From an uncultured Chlorobiaceae bacterium (GTDB lineage Bacteria; Bacteroidota; Ignavibacteria; UBA10030; SZUA-254), in the NCBI GenBank assembly GCA_964484465.1, contig CAZAFL010000003.1, positions 11,731-75,730 on the forward strand: a DNA stretch of 64,000 nt, written 5' to 3'. Both the position numbers and the translations under genes were made by a program. Below the pieces are notes generated by a model. The model was not told the origin of the DNA. It saw only the letters and a list, made by a program, of their open reading frames with translations, and ran no database searches. Positions 10,392-19,945 of the stretch are shown piece after piece. Position 1 is the stretch's first letter. Each line of letters opens with the position of its first letter.

Positions 10392-11750
10392 TTATTTGCC
10401 CTCCTTCCGGCCTGCGGCGGCGAGTTCCCGTTTTCCTTGCGGTACAACGCTCAAAACAAGACAGCCATCATCCCTTAAGTATGTTTGTGCTACAGTTTCA
10501 ATGTCATCGGCATCCACGGCTTTGTAGCGTGCGAGGTCTTCATTAAAATAATCCGGGTTTCCTGTTTCCGTATAATAATCCCCCAGCTGGTCTGCCTTGC
10601 CTGGGATGCTTTCCAACCTATCGAGAAAACTCGCTTCATACTGATTAACGGCACGTTTGAGCTCCCGTTCTGATGGCGCCTCGCGCTTCATGCGCTTTAA
10701 TTCTTCACGTATAACGGTCTCAATCTCTGTCAGTGTGTGGCCACTGCGGGCAGTAGCGACAACGTAAAACTTTGAAGCGAGCTTTCCCGATGCTTGAAAC
10801 GCTGAAACATCCTGTGCGATTTGCAGATCATAGACCATTCGTTTGTACAGTCTCGAATTTTTCCCGCCGGCAAATATACTTGCAAAAATATCCAGTTCTG
10901 CATCGCCAGGTGAAAAATGTGTCGGCGTGAGCCAGACAAGATATAATCGTGGCAATTGTACTTTATCCTCGGTTACCAGTCGTTTCTCTTCTGTCAATAC
11001 AGCCGGTGGGGGTGCAATGGGTTCGACCGGCTTACCTGCAGGAACGTCCTCAAACCACTTATTCATGAGTTTCTTGCACTCGGTATAATTAATATCACCT
11101 GCGATGACCATGTGGGCATTATTTGGTATATAATATTTCTTAAAGAAATCTACTACATCCTGGTAACCCGCAGCGGTGAGATCATCCATGTAGCCAATTG
11201 TAGGCCAATGATAAGGGTGTTCGGGGGGAAAGATATTCTCATCGATAATTATCGGCGCCATTCCGTACGGCCGGTTTTCGTATGATTGCCGCCGCTCGTT
11301 CTTTACAACATCGCGCTGCTGGTCCACGCGCGCAGGTGTCATCACATCGAGCAGATATCCCATGCGATCGGATTCAAGGAATAACGGAAGTTCAAGTGCA
11401 TTGCTTGGGACATTTTCAAAATATTTCGTCCGGTCTGTCGTCGTCGACCCGTTGTTATCACCGCCTGCAGCTTCCAGCCATTGGTCGAATTTACCTTCAG
11501 GCACATGGCCAGATCCCTCAAACATGATATGTTCGAAGAGATGCGCAAAACCGGTCCGCCCCGGCTTTTCCCTTCCTGAACCGACATGGTACCAGATATT
11601 TACCGAAATTACCGGTATTGAGTGATCCTCATGTAAAATGACCTGCAAGCCGTTATCAAGTGTAAATTTTTGATATTTAATTTTCAGTTGAGCAGATACC
11701 AACGAAACAGCACTCGATAACACTACAAAAAACAGAATTCGTAGTTTCAT
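10392..11750 (-). CDS. M16-family zinc peptidase, active-type subunit (pitrilysin/insulinase-like)
   Basis: HxxEH zinc motif HLFEH in GFAHLFEHIMFEGS, signal peptide MKLRILFFVVLSSAVSLVSAQ, 452 aa. It is directly followed by the overlapping inactive-type partner. Confidence 0.8.
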   Translation of the reverse strand: MKLRILFFVVLSSAVSLVSAQLKIKYQKFTLDNGLQVILHEDHSIPVISVNIWYHVGSGREKPGRTGFAHLFEHIMFEGSGHVPEGKFDQWLEAAGGDNNGSTTTDRTKYFENVPSNALELPLFLESDRMGYLLDVMTPARVDQQRDVVKNERRQSYENRPYGMAPIIIDENIFPPEHPYHWPTIGYMDDLTAAGYQDVVDFFKKYYIPNNAHMVIAGDINYTECKKLMNKWFEDVPAGKPVEPIAPPPAVLTEEKRLVTEDKVQLPRLYLVWLTPTHFSPGDAELDIFASIFAGGKNSRLYKRMVYDLQIAQDVSAFQASGKLASKFYVVATARSGHTLTEIETVIREELKRMKREAPSERELKRAVNQYEASFLDRLESIPGKADQLGDYYTETGNPDYFNEDLARYKAVDADDIETVAQTYLRDDGCLVLSVVPQGKRELAAAGRKEGK

Positions 11751-11847
11751 AACAGACTCCGGATGGTGATGATTTCGAACGTTTCAGAGGTATACGGAAT
11801 TACACACAGGAAGATACGGAGAATATCAGATAGGGGCAAGGATTGGA

Positions 11848-11890
11848 GGGTAATCTCCCCGCAGGTTCGTAACCTGCGGGGAGATTACCC
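11848..11890. repeat. Perfect 20-bp inverted repeat (GC-rich hairpin) just downstream of nuoI
   Basis: GGGTAATCTCCCCGCAGGTT-cgt-AACCTGCGGGGAGATTACCC with a 3-nt loop and no adjacent U-run. Confidence 0.8.
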
Positions 11891-11902
11891 GTGGTATCGT
11901 TA

Positions 11903-12409
11903 CTATCTATTTTGACGCAGAAATTCCAATCTTTCCTTTAGTTGCTCTGCGGGAACGAGAAGTTTGTCCTTTCCAAAGATGGCATCTTCCTGCCTGGTGA
12001 ATGTCAGCTCGTACTCTTTACTCATGACGATCGCCTCTTCAGGGCATACCTCTTCACAGAATCCGCAGAAAATACAACGAAGCATATTAATCTCGAATTT
12101 TACCGGATACCGCTCCTTCCAGTATTCACTTTCAGAACCCTGTACTTCAATGGCAAGTGCAGGACACACGCGCGCACACAATCCGCACGCAACGCATCGC
12201 TCCACTCCCTTCTCTTCGACAAGAACCGGTCTGCCGCGGAATGAAGCCGGTGGATTCCATTTCTCTTCGGGATATTGCCGCGTAAACTTCGGCTTAAAAA
12301 TTTGGCCGATCGTTATCAATAATCCCCGAAAAATCTCCGGCAGGTACATTTTCTGGAGAATTGTCAGATCTCTTTTATGAATAATCTCTTTATGTCCGTC
12401 AGGCTTCAT
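11903..12409 (-). CDS. nuoI: NADH-quinone oxidoreductase subunit I
   Basis: Two 4Fe-4S ferredoxin motifs, [12 protein letters not shown] and [12 protein letters not shown]. Start trimmed to MKPDGHKE to remove a 47-nt overlap with nuoH. Confidence 0.85.
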   Translation of the reverse strand: MKPDGHKEIIHKRDLTILQKMYLPEIFRGLLITIGQIFKPKFTRQYPEEKWNPPASFRGRPVLVEEKGVERCVACGLCARVCPALAIEVQGSESEYWKERYPVKFEINMLRCIFCGFCEEVCPEEAIVMSKEYELTFTRQEDAIFGKDKLLVPAEQLKERLEFLRQNR

Positions 12410-12428
12410 GGTTGAACTTCGTGAATTA

Positions 12429-13445
12429 TTAATTAACCAGTAACAAAATCGCACCTGTTGCAAGCAGATTCGCAATAGCCAACGGTAACATCACCTTCCA
12501 CCCCAAATTCATCAACTGGTCATAGCGGAAACGGGGGATCGTCCAGCGTACGATGATGAAGAAAACGACCAGCGCCGCAACCTTTGCGCAAAACCCAAGA
12601 ACCTGGACGACACTCACCCAGAAATCAGACAAACCGAGATGATGGACAAACGGTACTTGCCATCCGCCAAGGTACAGTGTTGTAATAATCGCGCTTGCTG
12701 TTACCATGTTCGCATATTCTGCAAGAAAGAATAACCCAAATTTCAATCCGCTGTATTCGGTGTGGTACCCTCCTACGAGCTCGGGCTCAGCCTCAGGCAA
12801 ATCGAACGGAAGACGGTTCGTTTCTGCAAACGCGGAAACGACAAACGTGATAAATCCCACCGGCTGCAGGATCATATTCCATTTCCACCCCGATTGCGCG
12901 AGGACAATTTTATCGAGCTGTAAACTTCCGGCAATCATGATCACGCCGATAACCGAAAGTCCCATCGATAATTCGTAACTTATCATTTGCGCAGACGAGC
13001 GCATTCCCCCGAGCAAAGAATATTTACTATTTGAGGACCACCCGCTCAGGGTGACACCGTAAACTCCGAGAGACGCGAACGCGAGAATAAACAGGATTCC
13101 GATATTAACATCGGCAATCTGGAGTTTTACATCGTGCCCGAAAAGGGTGATATGATTGCCGAACGGAACGACGGCAAACGTTACGAGGGCAACACTGATG
13201 GAAATCACCGGCGCGAGGTCATGAATGAACCTGTTCGCCTCAGCGGGAACAATATCTTCCTTCATCACCAGCTTGACGACATCTGCCAACGGCTGAAGGA
13301 ATCCCTTCCATCCTACCCGATTGGGACCTATCCGGTTCTGGATGGCAGCTGCAAGTTTCCTCTCGAGCAACACTGTATAGGCAACGACCGTCAGCATCAC
13401 TCCAAGAACACAGATGATTTTGATAAGAGAAATAATAATTTCCAT
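12429..13445 (-). CDS. nuoH: NADH-quinone oxidoreductase subunit H
   Basis: Polytopic membrane protein with the NuoH/ND1 signature (..[20 protein letters not shown]..). Confidence 0.85.
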   Translation of the reverse strand: MEIIISLIKIICVLGVMLTVVAYTVLLERKLAAAIQNRIGPNRVGWKGFLQPLADVVKLVMKEDIVPAEANRFIHDLAPVISISVALVTFAVVPFGNHITLFGHDVKLQIADVNIGILFILAFASLGVYGVTLSGWSSNSKYSLLGGMRSSAQMISYELSMGLSVIGVIMIAGSLQLDKIVLAQSGWKWNMILQPVGFITFVVSAFAETNRLPFDLPEAEPELVGGYHTEYSGLKFGLFFLAEYANMVTASAIITTLYLGGWQVPFVHHLGLSDFWVSVVQVLGFCAKVAALVVFFIIVRWTIPRFRYDQLMNLGWKVMLPLAIANLLATGAILLLVN

Positions 13446-13446
13446 G

Positions 13447-15129
13447 TTATACCGGGGTGGAGGTCAGTTCTTGTTTTGATTTCATCATCAACCCACGCGC
13501 GCCGAGACTGAGATAGGTCATCCCTTTAAATGGCTCCAATGTAGAAGCAAGCTCGTTAAAGACTTCTTCTGCCGTTGCGTATTTCCACTTCACGCCAAGA
13601 ATTGCAACAGCGACCGAAGAAATAATCCGCCATGCGGGCCGCGCGTCCCGTCTGATTCCCCTGGTCCAGCGATCATTCTGCGCGCCGAATTTGTCGAGCC
13701 TGCTCATCGCGAACCCGTCGAGTGCGCGGTCCTGCTCTACTGTAGTGACCGCCGGTCGTATCCGCTGAACACGTCCGTTGAAATTCGTAAACGTGCCGTG
13801 TTGTTCTGCATACGTTGAGTTTGAAAGCACAACATCAGCGTATTTCGCGGTTTCATTTTCATTCGATGTATGGAGAACAAGGAAATCCAGTTTCGGCAGC
13901 ACCTCAGCAACGGTCGGATCCGTAGCAATGTCATCGTCAAGGCAATACAGAGCTTTAATCGTTCCTTCCTTAATTCCTTTAATAATGCCCTCAAATCCCA
14001 GACCGTTTGTGCCGGGTTTGACACCTACTTCCTTTGCGCCTAAACTGTTCGGAGTCTTATCTGCGCGGATCAGGAGACCGTCTTCATCTCCACTCTTGAC
14101 ATGAGGCATATAATCAAGGTTGACAACACCGAGGTGTTTCATCATTTTTGCAAAGAGGTAATTTCCCTCATTCGTCACATACGCAGAGCCAAGGCCTGCG
14201 ATTTCATTGTTCTTGAACCCTTTCAAACCGGACGCCACCCGAGAAAATGCCTCATCCCAACCGACCTCCACTAACTCCCCTTCTTTGCGAATCATCGGCG
14301 CTTTTATTCTGGCGGGTGCATTCACAAATTTAAACGTATTGAGACGGCCGTGATCACACATCCAGTAATCATTGACATCGGGGTTGAAACGCGGAGTGAG
14401 ACGAAGAATTTCATTATTTCTCACCCACATTTTGATATTACAGCCACGCGCACAACCGTGACAAATTGTGTCTGTCGACGACAACTCCCACACGCGCGCC
14501 TTAAATCGAAAATCCCTACTCGTCAACGCGCCAACAGGACAAAGGTCGATGGTATTCATTGCATATGGATTATCGAGGCTCTCTCCGGGAAACGTGGTCA
14601 GGACAACATGGTCGCCGCGCTGAGTAAAGGTGAGCTGGGGTTTCTTTGCAACCTCATCACAAAACCGAATGCACCGTGAACACATAATACACCGCTCTAC
14701 GTCAAGCATCACACTTGGTCCCAATGCTACCCGTTTCGGTTTCCGGACCTTGTCGAAATCAAATCTGCTGACGCCGATGCTATGCTTGTACGCATAATCC
14801 TGAAGCTTGCACTCTCCCGCTTCATCACAAATAGGACAGTCGAGCGGATGATTGATGAGCAAAAACTCCATCACCGCCTCACGCGCGTGCAGAACTTTTT
14901 CCGATCGCGTTTTGACAACCATACCTTCGGTAACAGTTGTCGCGCAGGCAATCACGAGCTTCGGCATCTTGTCCACTTCGACCAGACAGATGCGGCAGTT
15001 TCCGGCAACGGAAAGCTTCGGGTGCCAGCAAAAGTGAGGGACACTGATCCCCTGTTCACGCGCGGCTTGAATAATTGTACGATTCGGTTCGACTTCGTAC
15101 GGTTGACCGTCGATAGTAATTTTTACCAT
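13447..15129 (-). CDS. nuoG: NADH-quinone oxidoreductase subunit G (short form)
   Basis: N-terminal 2Fe-2S ferredoxin-like region (CWHPKLSVAGNCRICLVEV) and Fe-S cysteine clusters (CPICDEAGEC, CIMCSRCIRFC). It lies immediately upstream of nuoH. Confidence 0.8.
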   Translation of the reverse strand: MVKITIDGQPYEVEPNRTIIQAAREQGISVPHFCWHPKLSVAGNCRICLVEVDKMPKLVIACATTVTEGMVVKTRSEKVLHAREAVMEFLLINHPLDCPICDEAGECKLQDYAYKHSIGVSRFDFDKVRKPKRVALGPSVMLDVERCIMCSRCIRFCDEVAKKPQLTFTQRGDHVVLTTFPGESLDNPYAMNTIDLCPVGALTSRDFRFKARVWELSSTDTICHGCARGCNIKMWVRNNEILRLTPRFNPDVNDYWMCDHGRLNTFKFVNAPARIKAPMIRKEGELVEVGWDEAFSRVASGLKGFKNNEIAGLGSAYVTNEGNYLFAKMMKHLGVVNLDYMPHVKSGDEDGLLIRADKTPNSLGAKEVGVKPGTNGLGFEGIIKGIKEGTIKALYCLDDDIATDPTVAEVLPKLDFLVLHTSNENETAKYADVVLSNSTYAEQHGTFTNFNGRVQRIRPAVTTVEQDRALDGFAMSRLDKFGAQNDRWTRGIRRDARPAWRIISSVAVAILGVKWKYATAEEVFNELASTLEPFKGMTYLSLGARGLMMKSKQELTSTPV

Positions 15130-15135
15130 ACGATC

Positions 15136-16566
15136 TTACACTTCTTCGAGTTCTTTAACGTAGCGTTCGTGGAATGATTTTAGTTTTTCTACAAACGCTT
15201 CAATTTCCTCGAGCGGTGGAAGGAATGTTGTTCTGAAGTGGAATGTTCCTGATGACTGGCCAAACCCCGACCCGGGAACGACGCAAATTCCTGTCTCCTC
15301 CAATAACGCCATGCAATAATCATTATCGCGCTGACTCTCGTATTTCAACCTCTCCGCCGAATCCATTTTCGAAAGGTCAACATTCGGATCGTCGGGCAAT
15401 TCAAATTTCACAAACGCGTACATTGCTCCCTGCGGAACCTCGAGCGTCATCCCTTCAATCCGGTTGACCTCTCTCCCCAGAAGCTCTGCTTTTGTTTTAA
15501 GGTCTTGAAGGACAGCGTCCCGTTCACGCACATAACGCTCATAACTTTCTTCACCCGGTTGGGGAGGAGCAACCATGACAAGAGTAGCAATTTGTCCGAC
15601 GGTGTTTGCACAAAGGCTGATCGACTGGAGCTTGATCAGTTCGGTCAAAACGTCAGTGGGAATATTCCTGAATTCAGTATAACCGCCGCGATGTCCGCAT
15701 TCCCCCCAAAAACCTTTCGAAACAGAATGAAAACTAAAGAGTGATACATCCTCTTCACCCATTTCATGCATCACCTTAGCGAACGAATAGAATTTTGCTC
15801 CTGCCGCGTACACATTCTCTTGGTAGACCTCGTCGGCAAGAATTGAAAGACGATGTCGCCTGGCGAAGCCGATAATCATCCGGATATTTTCGTGAGAAAG
15901 GACGGCACCGGTTGGATTCCCAGGATTGATAACCGCAATGGCAACAGGATTCATGCCGTCCCGAATAGCCTTATTCAAACTGTCGTTAAGAACTGACTCA
16001 TTCAATTGCCAGTGATTCTCTTCATCAAGAAAATATCCGATTTGGCGACCGCCGAAAAGTAAAATACTGGCACTGTACAGAGGATATTGCGGCATCGGAA
16101 TCATGATACCGTCATTCGGATTCTTCAAGAGTGCGATGAGCGCTCCCTGCACACCTTTACTCGCCCCGTCGGTGAGAATAACATAATCCTTATTTGTTGG
16201 AATACCGTCCCGCCGGTGGATAAAATCGGCAACCGCCTGCCGGATAAACGAAATCCCGGCGCTCTGTGTGTAGGCACCGGTTCCATGCGGATGACGTTCG
16301 AGAATCGATTGCACCCGACGAATGACGTCTGCCGGATAGAGTTTTCCGACTTGAGGAGAAGTCAGTAATTCAGGATATTCAAGTAAACTCAATATCTGCC
16401 GTAAATACGTCAGCGGTTTTTGTTTCAGTGCCTGGGGATTTCCGATGTTACAATAGATGATTTTCCTTCCTTCGTTCTCCAATTGCTGAGCCCTTATAAC
16501 AATCGGGCCCCGAACAGCATATTCGGCTTCCAGCAACCTCCGATTCAATGAATCTCTGCGCAACAT
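15136..16566 (-). CDS. Alanine aminotransferase (eukaryotic-type ALT family, PLP-dependent class I)
   Basis: Close motif match to ALT (INPGNPTG, LADEVYQENVYAAGAKFYSF, SFHSVSKGFWGECGHRGGY). Start trimmed to MLRRDSL to avoid an overlap with the downstream M16 gene. Confidence 0.75.
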   Translation of the reverse strand: MLRRDSLNRRLLEAEYAVRGPIVIRAQQLENEGRKIIYCNIGNPQALKQKPLTYLRQILSLLEYPELLTSPQVGKLYPADVIRRVQSILERHPHGTGAYTQSAGISFIRQAVADFIHRRDGIPTNKDYVILTDGASKGVQGALIALLKNPNDGIMIPMPQYPLYSASILLFGGRQIGYFLDEENHWQLNESVLNDSLNKAIRDGMNPVAIAVINPGNPTGAVLSHENIRMIIGFARRHRLSILADEVYQENVYAAGAKFYSFAKVMHEMGEEDVSLFSFHSVSKGFWGECGHRGGYTEFRNIPTDVLTELIKLQSISLCANTVGQIATLVMVAPPQPGEESYERYVRERDAVLQDLKTKAELLGREVNRIEGMTLEVPQGAMYAFVKFELPDDPNVDLSKMDSAERLKYESQRDNDYCMALLEETGICVVPGSGFGQSSGTFHFRTTFLPPLEEIEAFVEKLKSFHERYVKELEEV

Positions 16567-16609
16567 CTCATCTATTATATATAGCTGGCAACAAAATTGA
16601 CTATCGTGT

Positions 16610-17884
16610 TCACGCTGCGTTGGTTGAGGCGGCAGGTTTGAAAATGATTGTTGAAAAATTTTCCAGTTGGAAAAGACGTTTTGCCGTTTCAAAAACCTGC
16701 TCTGCAGTGACTGCTTCAACTTTTTTCAAAATAGTGCTCAGCGGAAGATAATTTCGGACATACATTTCACCGCTTCCCAAACGCATCATCCGGCTCGACA
16801 TGCTCTCGAGGCTCAGCATCATTGTCCCTTTGAGCTGGGCTTTCGTTCGTTTCAATTCGGCGTTCCCTACCGGTTTCGTCGTCAGCTTGTTCAGCTCTTT
16901 GTGAATGAGCTCAATTGAATTGTCAACATTCTGCGCATCCGTTCCGATATAGACGCCAAAATTACCGGTGTCGCTGAGAAGGTTGCTGTACGAATAGACA
17001 CTATACGCGAATCCGTATTTCTCACGAATGTTTTGAAACAAGCGTGAACTCATCCCTTCGCCAAGCAATGTGTTGAGGACGAGAAGAGGATACCGAAAAT
17101 GACTTTTTACGCTGTAGCCGATCGTACCGAGACAGACATGCGCCTGGCTGATGGGTCGCTCAAACTCTTCCCGCTTCGAGTAGACACGGTTTGAAACCGA
17201 GGCCCGCTTGGCTTGATTACGTTGCGGCTTACGGGATCGAAAATACTGTTCAACCAAATCAACGACTGCCTGATGCTTTAAATTTCCCGCTGCTGCAACT
17301 ACAATCCGGTTTGATGTATAATGGGTCTTCGCATGGTTCAGCAAATCATCTTTCGTAAAATTCCTGATATTTTCGGCTTTTCCGATCACTGGAAAACCTA
17401 GCGGGTGCTTATAATAGACACGATGGTCGAGGTAATCGTGAATAAGGTCGTCCGGGTCGTCTTCGATATTCTTCAATTCTTCCAGTACGACAAATTTCTC
17501 CTTTTCCATCTCCTTTTTATCGATAAGAGGATGTTGCACCAGTTCTGAGAGAACGTTGACTGCTTTCGCGAGATGTTCATCGAGTATTCGCGCATAAAAA
17601 CAGGTGTGCTCTTTGGACGTAAACGCGTTGAGGTATCCTCCGACCGATTCTAGACTCTGCGCAATCTGCTGGGTTGTAAATTGTCGAGTTCCTTTAAACA
17701 CCATATGTTCGACGAAATGGGAAATGCCGTTGTTATGTTCATTTTCATCCCGGGAACCGACATTAATCCACACTCCGATGGAAACTGACCGCACATATGG
17801 AATTTCTTCAGTAACAATCCGGATACCGTTTGGTAGGACAGTTTTTTTGTAATTAGACTGGTCAGATGAAAGAATGTCCGACAT
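16610..17884 (-). CDS. M16-family zinc peptidase (active type)
   Basis: HxxEH motif HFVEH (GISHFVEHMVFKGT), 424 aa, two-domain M16 architecture. Confidence 0.8.
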   Translation of the reverse strand: MSDILSSDQSNYKKTVLPNGIRIVTEEIPYVRSVSIGVWINVGSRDENEHNNGISHFVEHMVFKGTRQFTTQQIAQSLESVGGYLNAFTSKEHTCFYARILDEHLAKAVNVLSELVQHPLIDKKEMEKEKFVVLEELKNIEDDPDDLIHDYLDHRVYYKHPLGFPVIGKAENIRNFTKDDLLNHAKTHYTSNRIVVAAAGNLKHQAVVDLVEQYFRSRKPQRNQAKRASVSNRVYSKREEFERPISQAHVCLGTIGYSVKSHFRYPLLVLNTLLGEGMSSRLFQNIREKYGFAYSVYSYSNLLSDTGNFGVYIGTDAQNVDNSIELIHKELNKLTTKPVGNAELKRTKAQLKGTMMLSLESMSSRMMRLGSGEMYVRNYLPLSTILKKVEAVTAEQVFETAKRLFQLENFSTIIFKPAASTNAA

Positions 17885-18028
17885 TACATTTATGTTGAGA
17901 ATATGATATTGATTCGAACTTAAAAAGTTTATTTACTAAAAAAATATACCGATTTCAGCGGAGAGAGTCAAATAATTGGAACGGCGAGAATAGATTGTGT
18001 GTCTTCTGGCAGTACGTTCGTGAATGTA

Positions 18029-18652
18029 TCAGACCGCTCTGAGCATCTCTTCTATCTTTGTCGCAACCATGTCGATGGCGACTTCATTTTCTCCCCCCTT
18101 TGGAATAATTACATCAGCCCAACGCTTGCTCGGCTCGACGAATTCGAGGTGCATCGGTTTTACGGTGGCAACGTACTGATGCATCACGGATTCAAGAGAT
18201 CTTCCCCGCTTAAGCAGGTCACGTCGAAGTCTTCGCAACAGCCGTTCATCGGCATCGGTATCGACAAAAATTTTGATATCCATAAGATTGCGAAGTTGTT
18301 TTTCCACAAAAATCAGTATCCCTTCTACAATGATGATATTTCTCGGTTCAATCGATAATGTTTTTGAGGAACGCCGGTATGTTGTAAAATCGTAGACCGG
18401 CTGGTGAATCGATTTCCACTGTCGTAACTGCTGAAGATGTTCGACGAGAAGTGATGTCTCGAGGGCATCCGGATGGTCGAAGTTAACTTCATCCGGTGAA
18501 TGCCCGTCAAATGATGAAATATCCTTATAGTAAGAATCATGCTGGAGAACGACAACCTTCCCAAGGTCGAGACGCTCCAGGATTTTATTCGTTACAGTCG
18601 TTTTTCCGGAACCAGTCCCGCCTGCTATCCCTATAATCAATGGATGTTTCAT
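18029..18652 (-). CDS. udk: Uridine kinase
   Basis: P-loop IGIAGGTGSGKTT at the N-terminus (PRK/uridine kinase family). Start trimmed to MKHPLII. Confidence 0.75.
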   Translation of the reverse strand: MKHPLIIGIAGGTGSGKTTVTNKILERLDLGKVVVLQHDSYYKDISSFDGHSPDEVNFDHPDALETSLLVEHLQQLRQWKSIHQPVYDFTTYRRSSKTLSIEPRNIIIVEGILIFVEKQLRNLMDIKIFVDTDADERLLRRLRRDLLKRGRSLESVMHQYVATVKPMHLEFVEPSKRWADVIIPKGGENEVAIDMVATKIEEMLRAV

Positions 18653-18775
18653 ATTTTCGCGAGTCAATATAACGGAAACCCTTCGGAGAAGCAAGGAGCG
18701 GTTGGCGGCAGGAGTATCCGTTGTTTCGGTCGAATTGTTTTTTTACATTGTTCAGTTCGCAACAGAACTTATGAC

Positions 18776-19876
18776 ATGATCATCACAACTCTCCTCATTT
18801 TCGCAACAATTGCATACATTATTGAGTTCACGTTACTTCGCGCCGGGCTCAACAAGGCAGACTGCGCAAAGAAAAACCTCCACTACACGCCGAATGTTTC
18901 TATTATTGTTGCAGCAAGAAACGAGGAAGAACATATAGAGCAATGTCTCACGTCGCTCTCGCTGCTTGATTACCCGAAAGAAAAACTCCAAATCATCGTT
19001 GTCAACGACAGGTCAACTGACCGGACTCAGGAACTTGTTATCCCCTTCATCCGCCAATATCCGTTCATGAAACTGATTACCACATCGCCGGAGAAGGATA
19101 ATCTTCGGGGAAAGGCGAACGCCGTCGCTCAGGGGATTGACAATTCCAACGGGGAAATAATGATGTTGACTGACGCCGATTGCACAGTACCGCGGAACTG
19201 GGTACGGGAAACTGTTCAATACTTTGATGAAAATGCCGGAATCGTCGGTGGATTCACATTGCTTGACGCGAACAAAACCTTTGAGGGAATGCAAACATTA
19301 GATTGGATTTTTCTCTTCGGACTGGCTTCTTCGGCGGTCGGATGGAAGATCCCTTTAACCGTTATCGGGAATAATTTTTCTGTGCGACGGTCCGCATACG
19401 ATGCTGTCGGCGGGTATTCGAGTATTCCGTTCAGTGTTACCGAAGATTATGCTCTTGTGCAGGCGATAATCCGGAGAACAGCATTCGATGTCCGGTTCCC
19501 CGTTAACCCGCAAGCAGTGGTGAAAAGCCGGGCATGTCTTAACTGGGGTCAGCTATTTCGTCAGAAACAGCGATGGAGTGTCGGCGGCCTTGAGATGGTG
19601 TTCAGCGGCATGCTGATTACATCGGTCGTCTGGTTAACAAACCTCATGCTGGTCGCCGGGTTGTTCTTTGTTCCCTTGCCACTTTGGCTTGCGGCTTTTA
19701 GCGGAAAATCCATTATGGATGTCCTTTTTCTCTGGAAGCCTTTGAAATGTTTTAACGCCCGTCGATCTCTCAGATATTTTCCCGCATTTGAGTGTTATAT
19801 GGTGCTCTATGTCCTTATCGTTCCGGTTGTAGCACTATTTAGCAAGAACATCGTCTGGAAAGAGCGCACATTATAA
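18776..19876 (+). CDS. Family-2 glycosyltransferase, processive type (membrane-anchored; DXD and Q(K)QRW motifs)
   Basis: N-terminal TM helix, VSIIVAARNEEEHI, TDADCTVPRNW (DXD) and QKQRW; C-terminal TM helices. Start trimmed to MIITTLL (ATG at 18776), removing the antisense overlap with udk. Confidence 0.7.
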   Translation: MIITTLLIFATIAYIIEFTLLRAGLNKADCAKKNLHYTPNVSIIVAARNEEEHIEQCLTSLSLLDYPKEKLQIIVVNDRSTDRTQELVIPFIRQYPFMKLITTSPEKDNLRGKANAVAQGIDNSNGEIMMLTDADCTVPRNWVRETVQYFDENAGIVGGFTLLDANKTFEGMQTLDWIFLFGLASSAVGWKIPLTVIGNNFSVRRSAYDAVGGYSSIPFSVTEDYALVQAIIRRTAFDVRFPVNPQAVVKSRACLNWGQLFRQKQRWSVGGLEMVFSGMLITSVVWLTNLMLVAGLFFVPLPLWLAAFSGKSIMDVLFLWKPLKCFNARRSLRYFPAFECYMVLYVLIVPVVALFSKNIVWKERTL

Positions 19877-19900
19877 AGGAATGCAGTGTAGTAAAACAAA

Positions 19901-19925
19901 CATGCCCTTCATCGTGAAGGGCATG
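19901..19925 (-). terminator. Intrinsic terminator for the minus-strand regulator gene
   Basis: Perfect 11-bp stem CATGCCCTTCA-tcg-TGAAGGGCATG, followed on the minus strand by TTTGTTTT. Confidence 0.6.
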
Positions 19926-19945
19926 TGGAAGAAGAGGCTCGAGTC

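Noticed and set aside
17999-18358. 119-aa plus-strand ORF
   Set aside because: It lies entirely antisense within udk, which has a clear P-loop. There are no supporting signals.
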